DNA of 64,000 nt from the human T2T-CHM13v2.0 reference genome, Homo sapiens, in NCBI RefSeq assembly GCF_009914755.1, contig NC_060945.1; one strand, 5' to 3'. Below, one piece after another: positions 15,022 to 27,451 of this stretch; positions within the stretch are counted from its first letter, which is position 1, and every line of letters begins with the position of its first letter. A program made the position numbers and the translations under genes. The notes beneath the pieces were generated by a model. That model saw only the letters and a program-made list of their open reading frames with translations. It was not told the origin of the DNA and did not search any database.

Positions 15022-16289
15022 GTACGTGTTGGTGGGCTCTTTCTGATGATTTTTGAAATCCCAATTTGATCATTTCCCCCCCACCCCCTTAAGTATTTTC
15101 ATAGTCTTGGATTGTCCTTCTATGTGAGGGAGCTGGCTCATTTTCAGTACTCCTTTCTCTAGCTGGCGAATTGGAGATTACAGTCCCTGAACTGGATTTA
15201 ATGATATCATTGTCTAACAGTGACTTACCATGGTACAAAATGAAGCCTGTTATCTTGTTTTGTTCAATAATGTATTTGTATCTATCATTCTTGTGGAAGA
15301 AGTGGAGAAATACAGTTTCCTAATAATCTATTTTGACATCCATGTCAGTCAGCAAATTTTCAGAGTTATTTCCTGCATGCAAATAGCACTTTTTTTTGCC
15401 AGGCAGAAGCAAAAATTGAATTCAGTCATGTGGTTCTGAATAAGATAGAAAGCTGTTTCCTTTAAAGCTTTCCACTTTCATTAATCTTATACAAATGTAC
15501 AGTAGAATGAAGAGGTGTTTGCACTTGGCCAGTTAGTTCTGTGCCCTGGTTCATCAGGAAATGGCATTTTAAAAACTGTGTGTAAGCAGAGGTTTGAAAT
15601 GATAGATGAAATGGTTGTTCAGACTTCCAGTTATAGGGCCATGACCTAGATGAGCAATTGTCTAAAAATATTTTATACTAGGATACAAGTATGAGTGATT
15701 TGAATAAGAAGTGTTTAAATTTTTTTTCAAGTCTAATCATCTTTCAGAAGAAACAAATTGAAGGCAAGGAATCCAGATGTATTGCTGGAGAAGGATCAGA
15801 TGGAACAAATAGAGGGAAGAAAGAATAATTACTCAGGGCGGGAGGAAGTGGAGGGAAGGATGTAAGGAATAGCAAGTTTTTCATACTTTATTTTCACATA
15901 AAAGGCTGAAGGCGCTAAAGAAGGTCCCCTCATCTAATCTCTGCTTTAAGAAAAAAAAGCCTTCCATTAGCTTGACTTCCAAGTTGAAACTTTTCCTTAC
16001 TCTTTTGGTCTTGACTGAAAAGTTCTGAGTTTTTAAACTAAAGCTTAGGCTAAAATAGAAGACTAATACCATATTTTCCAGGATTTGTTTTGCTGGGGAT
16101 CAAATCAGTATGCCTCTTCTTCAATATATGTATGGTGTGCAGTTCTCTTGCTATAATTATGGGCACCTTATTTTCCAAATGAAAAATCAGGAATTATTTT
16201 GATTTTCAGATTTGTTTGTATATCTTATAAGGATGTAAAAAGTAAATTGCCTTTAGATCTGCAGTCACACAGACATGTTTATCTAAAAT

Positions 16290-16597
16290 TATTTTTTATT
16301 ATTTATTATTATTTTGAGACAGGGTCTCACTTCATCACCCAGGCTGGAGTGCAGTGGCATGACCATGGCTCACAGCACCCTTGACCTCCTGGGCTCAAGC
16401 AATACTCCTGCCTCAGCCTCCTAAGTAGCTGGGCCTACAGGTGCATGCCACCATGCCCAGCTAATTTTTAAGTTTTTTGTAGAGATGAGGTCTCACTATG
16501 TTGCCCAGGCTGATCTTGAACTCCCGAACTCAAGTGATCCTCCTGCCTTGGCCTCCCAAAGCGCTGGGATTAGAGGTATCAGCCACCATGCCCAGCC
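16290..16597 (-). mobile_element. Alu (AluJ-like)
   Basis: Full dimer. Confidence 0.9.
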
Positions 16598-16911
16598 TGT
16601 TTATCTAAAATTATTAAAATCACAAAACTAGAACTGTCCCTGGGACCCAGGACAACTGGTTGCTGTCAGGATGCCACTTGTAATTGCTGTGGCATCTAGG
16701 CATACTACCAGGTACTTGCTGTAGAGTGCATGGGTCTGAGAAATGGTGTTGAGAAGCTCCAGCTCCATAGGTGGCATGTAGCTTTTTTTTTTCTCATTTA
16801 ACTATTGTTATTACAAATGATAATGATCATGTGAGGATGTTTCTCCGGGGCTTTGCAGTTACAGAGTATTTCCCTAGCCTGTATTTCATGTACCCTCACA
16901 ACTAACCTTAA

Positions 16912-17450
<539 letters not shown>

Positions 17451-17569
17451 CTCCTCCTTGTTCTTTCACTGTAGAAAGCCACATTAAGTATACTAGGTTT
17501 GTGTTGCACAGGCTCATTGGTTGCCATCTTTTTCTTTTTTCTTTTTTTCCTCTTTTATTTATTTATTTA

Positions 17570-17681
17570 TTTTTTTGGTACTTTACTGTGGGTAAAAAGC
17601 TGGCATATTAGGGAGTGCTTGCTTTTTTTTTTTTTTGGTACTTTACTGTGGGTAAAAAGCTGGTATATTAGGGAGTGCTTG
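17570..17681. repeat. Tandem duplication, period 60 bp, just upstream of exon 22
   Basis: tttggtactttactgtgggtaaaaagctgg(c/t)atattagggagtgcttg twice, one mismatch. Confidence 0.95.
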
Positions 17682-17711
17682 TTATTCATGGTGTTGTGCT
17701 TTTCCCTCCAG

Positions 17712-17871
17712 GTGGCCCACCAGCACGAATGAGAAACCAGAAACGGATAACTGGGATGCATGGGCAGCCCAGCCCTCTCTCACCGTTCCAAGTGCCGGCC
17801 AGTTAAGGCAGAGGTCCGCCTTTACTCCAGCCACGGCCACTGGCTCCTCCCCGTCTCCTGTGCTAGGCCAG
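17712..17871 (+). CDS. ITSN1: ITSN1 exon 22: SH3A-SH3B linker ([17 protein letters not shown]...SPVLGQ)
   Basis: tttccctccag acceptor, CAG|gtaaag donor; 160 nt; phase 2 in, phase 0 out, consistent with neighbours. Confidence 0.95.
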
Positions 17872-18549
17872 GTAAAGGCAGCCAGTGAGAGTGTGAAGAC
17901 TTAGCATGCTATCTAGTGCCAAAAACTTCAGCAAATGCTTTTTGGCAATGTCATTTTGAAGCAAGCCTTGTTATGTGTGTCTTGGTTGGCTGGCAGTATG
18001 GGAATCCAGTGCAGGAGCCAGAAATCTGCTGTGAATAGTTGGGAGTTGGGGGTGGGGGTGGGACACAGTCAACTTCTCCTGCCTGGGTTGATGAAGGAAG
18101 CTTCATTGCAGAAGTGGCACTTGAGCTGCATCTTGACCAGTGGGTAAGATCTTACTAGAAAATGGAGAGAGCCTGCCTGTCAGACAGAAACTGCTGGGAA
18201 GGCTCGAAGGCAGACAGTCAGAATGTATTTAAGGAAAATCACATACCCCTCCATTTGTCTAGACCATTGAGTTTTTTTTGGAAAAGGTAGACCAATTAAA
18301 GGTTAATGGGAGGCTCTGAAATGCCCTGCTCGGAAAGAATAATGTCTGAAAGGATAAAGGTGGTTATTCTGAATAGTTCTCTTTTGCTTAATACAATAAT
18401 GATAAAATACTCAAATTTCTATCAATAATCATGCCAAACAGCAAGTGCCCATCTGGGAGGCACTGGAGGTTCCAGCATCATTTCTGATCTGAGAACACCC
18501 AGATGGAACACAGGGTCTAGGCAGATCCATCTGGAGGAGCGGTGTGCAG

Positions 18550-19700
18550 GAAGATTAGAGTGGAGGGCCGGCAGGGCGGTGCCACCAGTCAGGGGGCTGT
18601 TGGTGTCACCCAGCTGAGACCTAGGGCAGGCCTGGACCCAGCTGAGTTCATGTTCACCAAGTAGGGAGGTGCCGGTGGAAGCAGAAGAGGCGAGCACGTG
18701 GGAGAGACTGCAGAGGAGAGTGAAGAGGTTGGAGTCACAATGCCTATGGGAGCCGAAGGAAAGGAAAGAGGGCTGGGATTGAGAATAAGGGCCCACCTTA
18801 AAGCGGGAAGGGAGAAAGGCAGAAAATGAAATGAATGCGCAGTTAAAGGGAAGAGTTGTGTTTTAGTTGTGTTGAGTTGAAGGTGAACGTGGGACCCTGT
18901 CTGGCAGGCTGTCGGAATATAGATCTGGAGGATGGAAGAGAGCACGAGACTGGGATTATAGATTGGAGCCATTCCCATAGAGAACATTATCGGATATCAG
19001 GAAATGTGTGAGGTCATCCAAGGAGAGGGAATACAGGGAGAAAATAGCAAATCCACAGGCACGTGTGTGTTCTGTGGTCTGGAAGAAGAAGAGGAGCTAC
19101 TCAGCAGGAAATGGTACTTTCCTTTGCATCTGTCCTAGCTCAGCATTTAGCACGTGTCACATGCTCAGTTAACAGTAACTCAGTGATGGGGTGGGGGTTT
19201 GTTCCAGAGAGTGGAGGTGGGGGATGGGAGGTTGCTTATGTTACTAAGTACCGTGGTCAGGGCAAAGAAGAGACCATTCATTGTGACAGGTAGAGCTTTG
19301 TAACCTGGGAAGGAGAAGGATGAAACCACACTGCAGGGGCGTAAAAGGAAATGAGCAGCAAGAAAGTGGAAAGATCTGCAAAAGGAAAGAGAAGGACCAG
19401 AGTGAGGGGCCTCGGGAAAGCAAGAACCAGCCATGTTGCCAGTGGAGATGGGAATGGAAAAGTGAAGTGTCAGAGGATATAGTTGGTATAAGGCAGAAAA
19501 CATTAAAAGCACAGAAAAGACAGGAGTCTTTTTCTTCTGGATGAGGAAGAGTGAAGAGATTGGAGAAGATAAAGCCAAGAAAAATGTTCAAGTTGGGCTG
19601 CATGATATTGTTCTCAGTGAGGAGGGAGCCTGGAGGGGCTGCGGAGTGTAGAAGAGGTTTGGGAGCAGGCGAATGAGGGATCCGACAAAGAAGAATGAAG
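18550..19700 (-). mobile_element. Degraded L2 fragments
   Basis: Purine-rich; gttgagttgaaggtg, agatctggag, ggagccatt..atagag, tgaggtcatccaaggagag motifs typical of antisense L2. Confidence 0.55.
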
Positions 19701-19704
19701 AATT

Positions 19705-20005
<301 letters not shown>

Positions 20006-20149
20006 GAATTGCCTGGCTTAATTTAACCTGAGTCCGTAATAGATCATTGCACATTGCCTCAGCTTTCTCTAGCAATGCTTCACAGCTTGGGACTAGGAAT
20101 AATAATAGTTATATAGCTCACCACTGTTATTTCTATCATAGCAATACTG

Positions 20150-20360
20150 TGCATGGATCTTACTAAACTTCCTTCCCCCTCCCCACCTACACACATCTTG
20201 CATTACCATGGGATTGCTAAACTTTAATAGCCTTTTGGAGAAAGTATCATCTCTACTTTACAGATGTGGAAATCGAGATTCAGAGAGATTAAACAGTTGC
20301 CAAAGCCAGAAAATTAGTAAGTGACAGACCTGGGATTCAAACCCAGAGTCCACATCCAGC
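20150..20360 (-). mobile_element. MIR remnant
   Basis: tttacagatgtggaaatcgagattcagagagattaa..ctgggattcaaacccag. Confidence 0.65.
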
Positions 20361-21029
20361 CCAGGCTGGGGTCATTAGGGCCCATCAATGTGAAAAGGTT
20401 GACAAAGCAGACACGGGGAAGATTTCTCAGGGGGAGAGATTCTGAAATACCAGTGAGGGCACAGTTGAAAGGCCAACCCTGGGGTCCATACGTAGAGAAA
20501 TCAGTGAAGTGGCGGAGAGGATTAGACAGTGCAGAAGGGCTGTGGGATGAGGAGCTACGCGGGCAGCAGGTCCACTGCAAGAGGGGGAAAATGGAAGGTC
20601 GAGAATATACAATCTTAGGGGTGTTCGAAATCCAGGGAAACCCCCTCAGCTCTGAGGGACTTGAAGGAGTGAATGTACAGCTAAGTGGAAGGAAATAGGA
20701 TAGGGATGTTGTGGGTTTAAGAAGGCAAGAACCCATGAAGACCAGGAATTAGAGGTTATCAACATAGATGCTGAAACTATTTGACCTGTTGTAAATTCTC
20801 TGCTCATCAGACATAATCATAACTTAATGTCAGTATAATATAAATGACTTCTAAAGGCATGTACAAATTGGTTCTGAAGTAACTCTCTCTAGGCATTATC
20901 TTTTGTTCTTGTCCATTCATATATATGATTGAAAGTTGGTGTTTCATTTTTTACTAAATGCTTTAAGATACTGTAATGGTTTAATGCTATAGCTTAAAAG
21001 ATAATAAATGCCTCACCCTGCCTTTCCAG

Positions 21030-21380
21030 CCTGACTTCCTCCTCCACCCCTCCATGAGACTAGGCCACATGCAGCCCCGGATTGTGCTTCTCTTCCCGGA
21101 CCCCCTGCAGTGTTCCACCTCGAGGCTTTTGCCCATGCTGCGCCCTCGGCCTGGAGTGCCCTTCCTCCGAAGCCCTAGCTGTCAAAGTCCTTCTCATCCT
21201 TCAAGGCCCATCTCAGATGCTGCCCCCTCTGTGAAATTTACGCTGATGCCCCCAGGCAGAATTCATCCCTGTTTTCTCTTTATTCCTGCAGTGAATAGTA
21301 GGAACTCCTTTTTAGTATATTTCATTCTGCCAGGTGGTACACTTGGTTGTTTTTATCTCTGTCTTCCCCATTACTTGTGA
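21030..21380 (+). CDS. ITSN1: ITSN1 alternative terminal exon 22a: 116-aa C-terminal tail (PDFLLHPSMRLGHMQ...LCLPHYL*)
   Basis: ctcac branch-like site + ccctgcctttccag acceptor at 21029; in frame with the phase-0 end of exon 22 and with ORF 21054-21380; AATAAA at 21426 and 21514; fits the described ITSN1-22a isoform. Confidence 0.8.
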   Translation, partial: PDFLLHPSMRLGHMQPRIVLLFPDPLQCSTSRLLPMLRPRPGVPFLRSPSCQSPSHPSRPISDAAPSVKFTLMPPGRIHPCFLFIPAVNSRNSFLVYFILPGGTLGCFYLCLPHYL

Positions 21381-21425
21381 ATTACCTGCTAGTAATACTG
21401 CCCATCTTTATAGTGCTTTGTGGTT

Positions 21426-21519
21426 AATAAAGTGCTTTTCCCTAAATTATCTGGGGGAGGCAGAGACTGTTTTTTTCATCTGTAATCTCATGGGGCAGTG
21501 CATGTAGATGTACAATAAA
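21426..21519 (+). terminator. Poly(A) signals for exon 22a
   Basis: AATAAA at 21426-21431 and 21514-21519, just after TGA 21378-21380. Confidence 0.6.
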
Positions 21520-22065
21520 TGGTAATTACAATGAATTTATGCTAACCAAATCCCTGTTTTCTCTGAAAAGGAACTAAAACAAGCATAATCCAGATAGGGC
21601 CTATTTCCCTGGGTCTACCTAATCTAAAATGCCAGTTAATGATCTCATGATAGTTCATAAAATGTCTGCTCCACTGTTAATCCTCCACTAAAAATGCCAG
21701 TCAAATTGGAAATGGGGAGGTGTCCCGGGCAACTTGAGAGTGAAAATAGAACCAAAATATAAAGGGCACACAGCCAGATGCAACAGAATAATTGTGACCT
21801 CCTGGCTTTTTGAAATAGAGAGTTCTAGATGGTCAGACAATGACTTTGTGAAGAGGCTGGAAGGCTTTGGCCTCCACTTTTGGAAATAAACAATTGTTGG
21901 GAAACAGTGAAGCATCCAGCCCTCCTGCTGTGCTGCCTCAGGGCCCTTTGTGGCTGTGTGTGCTTGTCTGGCCTGTGCTTGTTGGAGAGGTGCCATGCTC
22001 ACGTCTGCCCTAATTGATAACAAAGCGCAACATAACGAGAGGTCCTTTATGTTATTCCACACAAG

Positions 22066-22271
22066 GGTGAAAAGGTGGAGGGGCTACAAGCTCAAGCCCT
22101 ATATCCTTGGAGAGCCAAAAAAGACAACCACTTAAATTTTAACAAAAATGATGTCATCACCGTCCTGGAACAGCAAGACATGTGGTGGTTTGGAGAAGTT
22201 CAAGGTCAGAAGGGTTGGTTCCCCAAGTCTTACGTGAAACTCATTTCAGGGCCCATAAGGAAGTCTACAAG
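22066..22271 (+). CDS. ITSN1: ITSN1 exon 23: SH3B ([15 protein letters not shown]...[19 protein letters not shown])
   Basis: Weak cacacaag acceptor, AG|gtattt donor; 206 nt; complete SH3 domain. Confidence 0.97.
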
Positions 22272-23039
22272 GTATTTTTGTATTTATCTGCTTGTATTTG
22301 ATGAAAACAATATTAGGCGTTATATTACTGTTTGCACTAGTTAAGATTCACAGACAGGAGTTGCGGGATTAGTTTGTCTTCTAGATCTTTTAACTGCAAA
22401 AGTTATAGTATATAGAGTACCAAAAGGGAGCCTCTTATAGATAAGTGCATTCTTTCTTCTCTCATGAAAACCTATGTGCCTTGTTTTTCATTGCCTTATG
22501 CAAGAAGGAATTCAGCTCTGAGACCTGGAACACTCTTGTGCATTAGTTGGAGATTATGACTCTCTTTATGCTTATTACCCAGTGCTGTACCAGATATATG
22601 TGAATACTTGGAAACCCAAAGGATCTGGGGAAATGATCAGAAGGACTTAATTGTCTTTTTCATTAGGGTCTTATAGCATGGAACCTAAGGTTGTTAATTC
22701 CTCCAACCATATTGATGTTCAAAACAAATTATGAGCTTTAAAAGGATGAAAATAGCAAAAATATTCAATGAGCATCTCTCAGTCAGTCATGCCTTGAAAT
22801 AAACTAGTACATAAGCCATGTGTCCAGTATAGCAAAGTGCTGAAAAATAAGAATGCGAGCTTAGAGTCATGCCTCTGTAGTACCTTATTATGTGTTTTTA
22901 ACCTAGCTAAGTACAACTATTTCAGCTGTGGGTCGTTTAAAGTTTTAAAAGTTAAGCAGTTTTAACAGAAAAATCAGTGTCATTGTACGATTTTCTTTGA
23001 AGATAAAAATTAAAATACTCTCTTCTTCCATTATTGCAG

Positions 23040-23122
23040 CATGGATTCTGGTTCTTCAGAGAGTCCTGCTAGTCTAAAGCGAGTAGCCTCTCCAGCAGCC
23101 AAGCCGGTCGTTTCGGGAGAAG
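23040..23122 (+). CDS. ITSN1: ITSN1 exon 24: SH3B-SH3C linker (MDSGSSESPASLKRVASPAAKPVVSGE)
   Basis: ttattgcag acceptor, AAG|gtgagg donor; 83 nt; phases 2/1 fit. Confidence 0.93.
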
Positions 23123-23499
23123 GTGAGGGCCTGAGTTGTATTATGTTCTTCAGAAGGGTCAAGGACATTGTGTAAATGTTTGAAATGAGATTGAATTTCA
23201 TCTTAAGATAGACTGCATTTATGATCAGTATATTAAACTACAGTAAAATGTAAGTTTAGCTCTTTACAGAATCGGAGTACTTCATGGAAAATACTGTCAG
23301 GTATATTAATCATCAAAAACTGAATTTTCTAATTATATTTTATTATAAGCCCTTTGACTTTTAAAAGAGACCCATTCAGTTCACTAAGAATCGAGTTTTC
23401 CGAGCATCTCTATAGCTAAACTATGGTCATTGCTTCACCTAACATAGTCTAGTCTCATCTGACTTCATAGATAAGTATTTCGTTTTAAAAGTAACTACA

Positions 23500-23809
<310 letters not shown>

Positions 23810-26800
23810 TAAAAGTAACTACACAGACCACTAGAGTTCTCATAGTAACATGAATGCCATCTGTACCATCCCAAATGAAACTGAAACTCAATTTCTGTGC
23901 TCCATGAAAACAATCAAACCAGACAATTTAGGACTAAAAAAAAAAAAATCATTTTGAGTATTTATTATGCAAATAATTGCCTTCTTTCTCAATCTCCACT
24001 TGGTGACATAATCCTAAATATTGTATGGATGCCAACTGAATAAAACTTAGGTAATTCAGGCCCTCATGGTAAAAATCTCACATCTTTTTTACATTCAATA
24101 CAGCCATCATCACATCCTAACTGGAGAGTGCTCCCTGAGTTAGATGGGTTTTCTGTGTAGACATCTGAGCAGTGTTGTAGTTAACAGATGCCATAACTAA
24201 CCAATTCTATAGTAATTCTTTATGGGTTCCTTGAATACATTACAGGAGAATAGAATGTTTTATTTAGTTTGTCTGCCATAATGAGATTGTTAACATTCCT
24301 TAGAAACCTTGCCCAGTGAAAAACAGAATTATTAAAACAGCTGTTTTAGGTGGAGACAGCAAGGATTAAGGTATAATGGTATTTCAGACTCACAGTAACA
24401 ATGTTCTTTTTTCAAGAGGTTTTTTAAAGTAAGAATTTTTTTTAGTTCATAGTATAGCTATAAAACCTTATCACTAAACAAATCCAGCATCTAATTTTTG
24501 CTATTACCATGAAAATGATTAACAGAGTTCCCTTTATACATTCTCATTATCTTAATGACTTTTTATCCACTGTTAGGGTAACAAGGCAAAAAGCTCCTTT
24601 AAATACCACATGCAGTCAGTTTAGTAAAAAGCAACTTATGCACCTCACCAAAAGATAAAGAAAAAAACTTTGGTGTGTTACATCCAATCAAGGCTCACTG
24701 GAGGGCTGGAGTTTGTATCTTGACTCACCCATCTAGTAACAGTATTATTTTGTTTATGCCTTAGCTTCTTTGTCTGTAAATTGGCCGTGATAACTACCCC
24801 TTGAGGTAGGAAATTATTACAAGGATAATGAGATAACATGCAGAAGGCTTTTAGAACAAAGCTCAGTAAATGTCTGCTACTTTTATGTCGTTTTTGCTTC
24901 ATTCCCTGGATTAGTGATAAAGCCACATAAAGTATGAGCATCCTCATCCAATAGCAGTATGGAGGAGTGTTTGTTTGTTTTGAGACATGTACTGAGGACT
25001 CAATAAATAGGTCACAAGTGAACCATGCATGTACTTAAAATTGGGCAACATAATAGAGTTAAATTCTGATCTTAGTTTGTATTTATTACAGCCATTTTGA
25101 AATGACTTAGTTATTAGAAATATTTGGAAAGGTTGCTGGCTTTGTGAAGGGGTGGGAGGACATTAGAAATTCTGAGAAAAGCTATTTACATATATTAATG
25201 AGCCTTTTGTAAATACCACATTGAACATAATCAAATTTAAAGTAAACTGTAAACCAGATAAAATAGATGATTGGCTTGGGTTGCTTTTAAAATATTTAAA
25301 ATATTGGCTTGGGGATGGCCAGTGCCCTCTGTGGAATGTTTCCTGAGAAGGGGTAGCTAAAGAGGAACCTCTGCCTATCCATCATCATGTCTCTGGGTTT
25401 CATTGTCACCCTAAAGCCACTCTCAGATGTCTTTGTGCAAGGCAGGCAGGGCAAGGCCAGCCTCAGTCTTCCCAGTCTCCTTTATATTTTATACTGCAAT
25501 ACCAAGTTCAGCCAGAGTTCATGTTTCTGAAGTTTCTTAAGCATTTGGAAAGTTACTTCAAAATTTGGATCAATTTTAAAGAAAGTAACTTTGAAGTTGA
25601 GGAATCACTGGGGAAAGTATTGATGGCCAAGGATCCTGTCTTAAATGGCCAAATATGATCTAAAGAACAGTAACAGGGAGCAAAATGAAAAGGGAAGGGT
25701 GAGAGTATGGAGAAGTCAGAAAAATGAGTCTGTTAATGAAGAAAGAATGACCCTATTAAAGCCACCAAACTTTGATTTCCTTGTGTGGGAAATCATTTTT
25801 CCAATTTTCACTGTGGAGGTATGTGTTACCAGCGCCTCAGGGCTAAAGACAGAGAGTCTTCTGTTTTCCCTGGGACGTTTGAATGACCTGTGTCTGCCAT
25901 GGGGCCCAGTGCTCTCCACCAGCAATTGCTGCTGGCCTCGGCGCTGACAGGTCAACACTGGCGCTGAAGGAGGCCCTTGTTGCTCCAGGGGCTGCCCACG
26001 TGAGCACAAGAGTTAGAGGTTTTTGTGTTTTTGTCTGTTTGTTTTAGTTTTCATTAGTACCTCCTGCAGAGGCTCTGATAATCAACCGAAGGAGTTCTCC
26101 ATAAAAAATTCCTACCTCTTACTCAACACGAGGCTCGACATTAAAGGAACATCATCTGAGGTTTAGAGAGAAACATACATTGTCCATCATAAAAATGAAC
26201 TTTTTGGGTAAATGGTGATTTTTCTGTTGCTTTAAAAAAATACATACAAAAGCCTAGGATAAAATGGAGAAAAAGGGGAAATAAGAAACCTGTGCATCTT
26301 TCTGTAAATCTTTTATCCTGTACCTAGAACCTCCATCCAGGATTTTGTGTCTGGTGATCTTTCTGAGAGTGTGATTTGGTTCTAAGCCTTAATAAAATCC
26401 ACCAAGAGTGATGCAAAGTTCTACATCTAATTAAAAAGGAAAGTTTCTTCTGTAATGCACACCCTTCAAATTCAAGACACAAAGGAACATTAGTTCTTAT
26501 CCTTTAAGACTAAATTACATGAATAATAAAATGTGATAAACTGTGATTTGTCTTTTTAACTTGTTGAAAGGCTTTCTGGGATTGGGTTAGACATTCCTTT
26601 TATCATCAGTCCTCTCTACCTGTTTGTGCTCTTGAATGACAACTAGATGCCCATTTTTAACTAAACAATATGTGTAACTCATTTTGTGTTCTAACAGCTT
26701 CCTATCATATTGTGTATATGGCACAATAGGACATAAGTTTTCAGGCACTTCAATAAGGAAAAGTATGTCTTATTTAATTTATGCGAAGGATATATGCTAT

Positions 26801-27284
26801 CTAACAATTTTTTAAAAACCTGTGACGTAGTACCCTCAAAACTGAAATACACATATTTAATATGCTTACCAAGAGCCTGCATATGAATGCATCTGACCCA
26901 GTGCTCAGCACAGAGTAGGTATTGTGTAACTCTTAGTTAAAAATAAATGTAAAAACCATTTTCATTCAAAAAGAAATCATGATGCTAAATGGTAGATCAC
27001 TCTTAAATACTCAAGTGTCGGTAAACATGCAGTTGGGTTTTTTATTCCTGTGTCTGGGTCTTCCCAGGAATTGTCTCCCTGTCTGCAGCTACTGAACTTT
27101 TATGTGCACTGGGGGAATGTGGAGCCCAGGGCATTCTGCAGCTCTGTATTTTATCTGTGACTAGCCTTTCTCTTGAATGGATCTTGTCCTAACTTCCTTA
27201 TTCGTAAACTTGCTTTTGCAAAGCTGTCTGGGATTTCTTTAAACAATCAAGCTCTCTCCGTATCTCAATATTTCTCCCCACCAG

Positions 27285-27451
27285 AATTTATTGCCATGTA
27301 CACTTACGAGAGTTCTGAGCAAGGAGATTTAACCTTTCAGCAAGGGGATGTGATTTTGGTTACCAAGAAAGATGGTGACTGGTGGACAGGAACAGTGGGC
27401 GACAAGGCCGGAGTCTTCCCTTCTAACTATGTGAGGCTTAAAGATTCAGAG
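27285..27451 (+). CDS. ITSN1: ITSN1 exon 25: SH3C ([18 protein letters not shown]...[14 protein letters not shown])
   Basis: tttctccccaccag acceptor, GAG|gtaaac donor; 167 nt; complete SH3 domain. Confidence 0.97.

Larger units (their letters stand above)
21020..21540 (+). mobile_element. L2 3'-end remnant overlapping exon 22a
   Basis: ggcttttgcccatgctg..ccctcggcctggagtgcccttc, ccttctcatccttcaaggcccatctcagatg..ccccctctgtgaa and terminal ggcagagactg..caataaatg resemble the L2 3' consensus. Confidence 0.7.
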
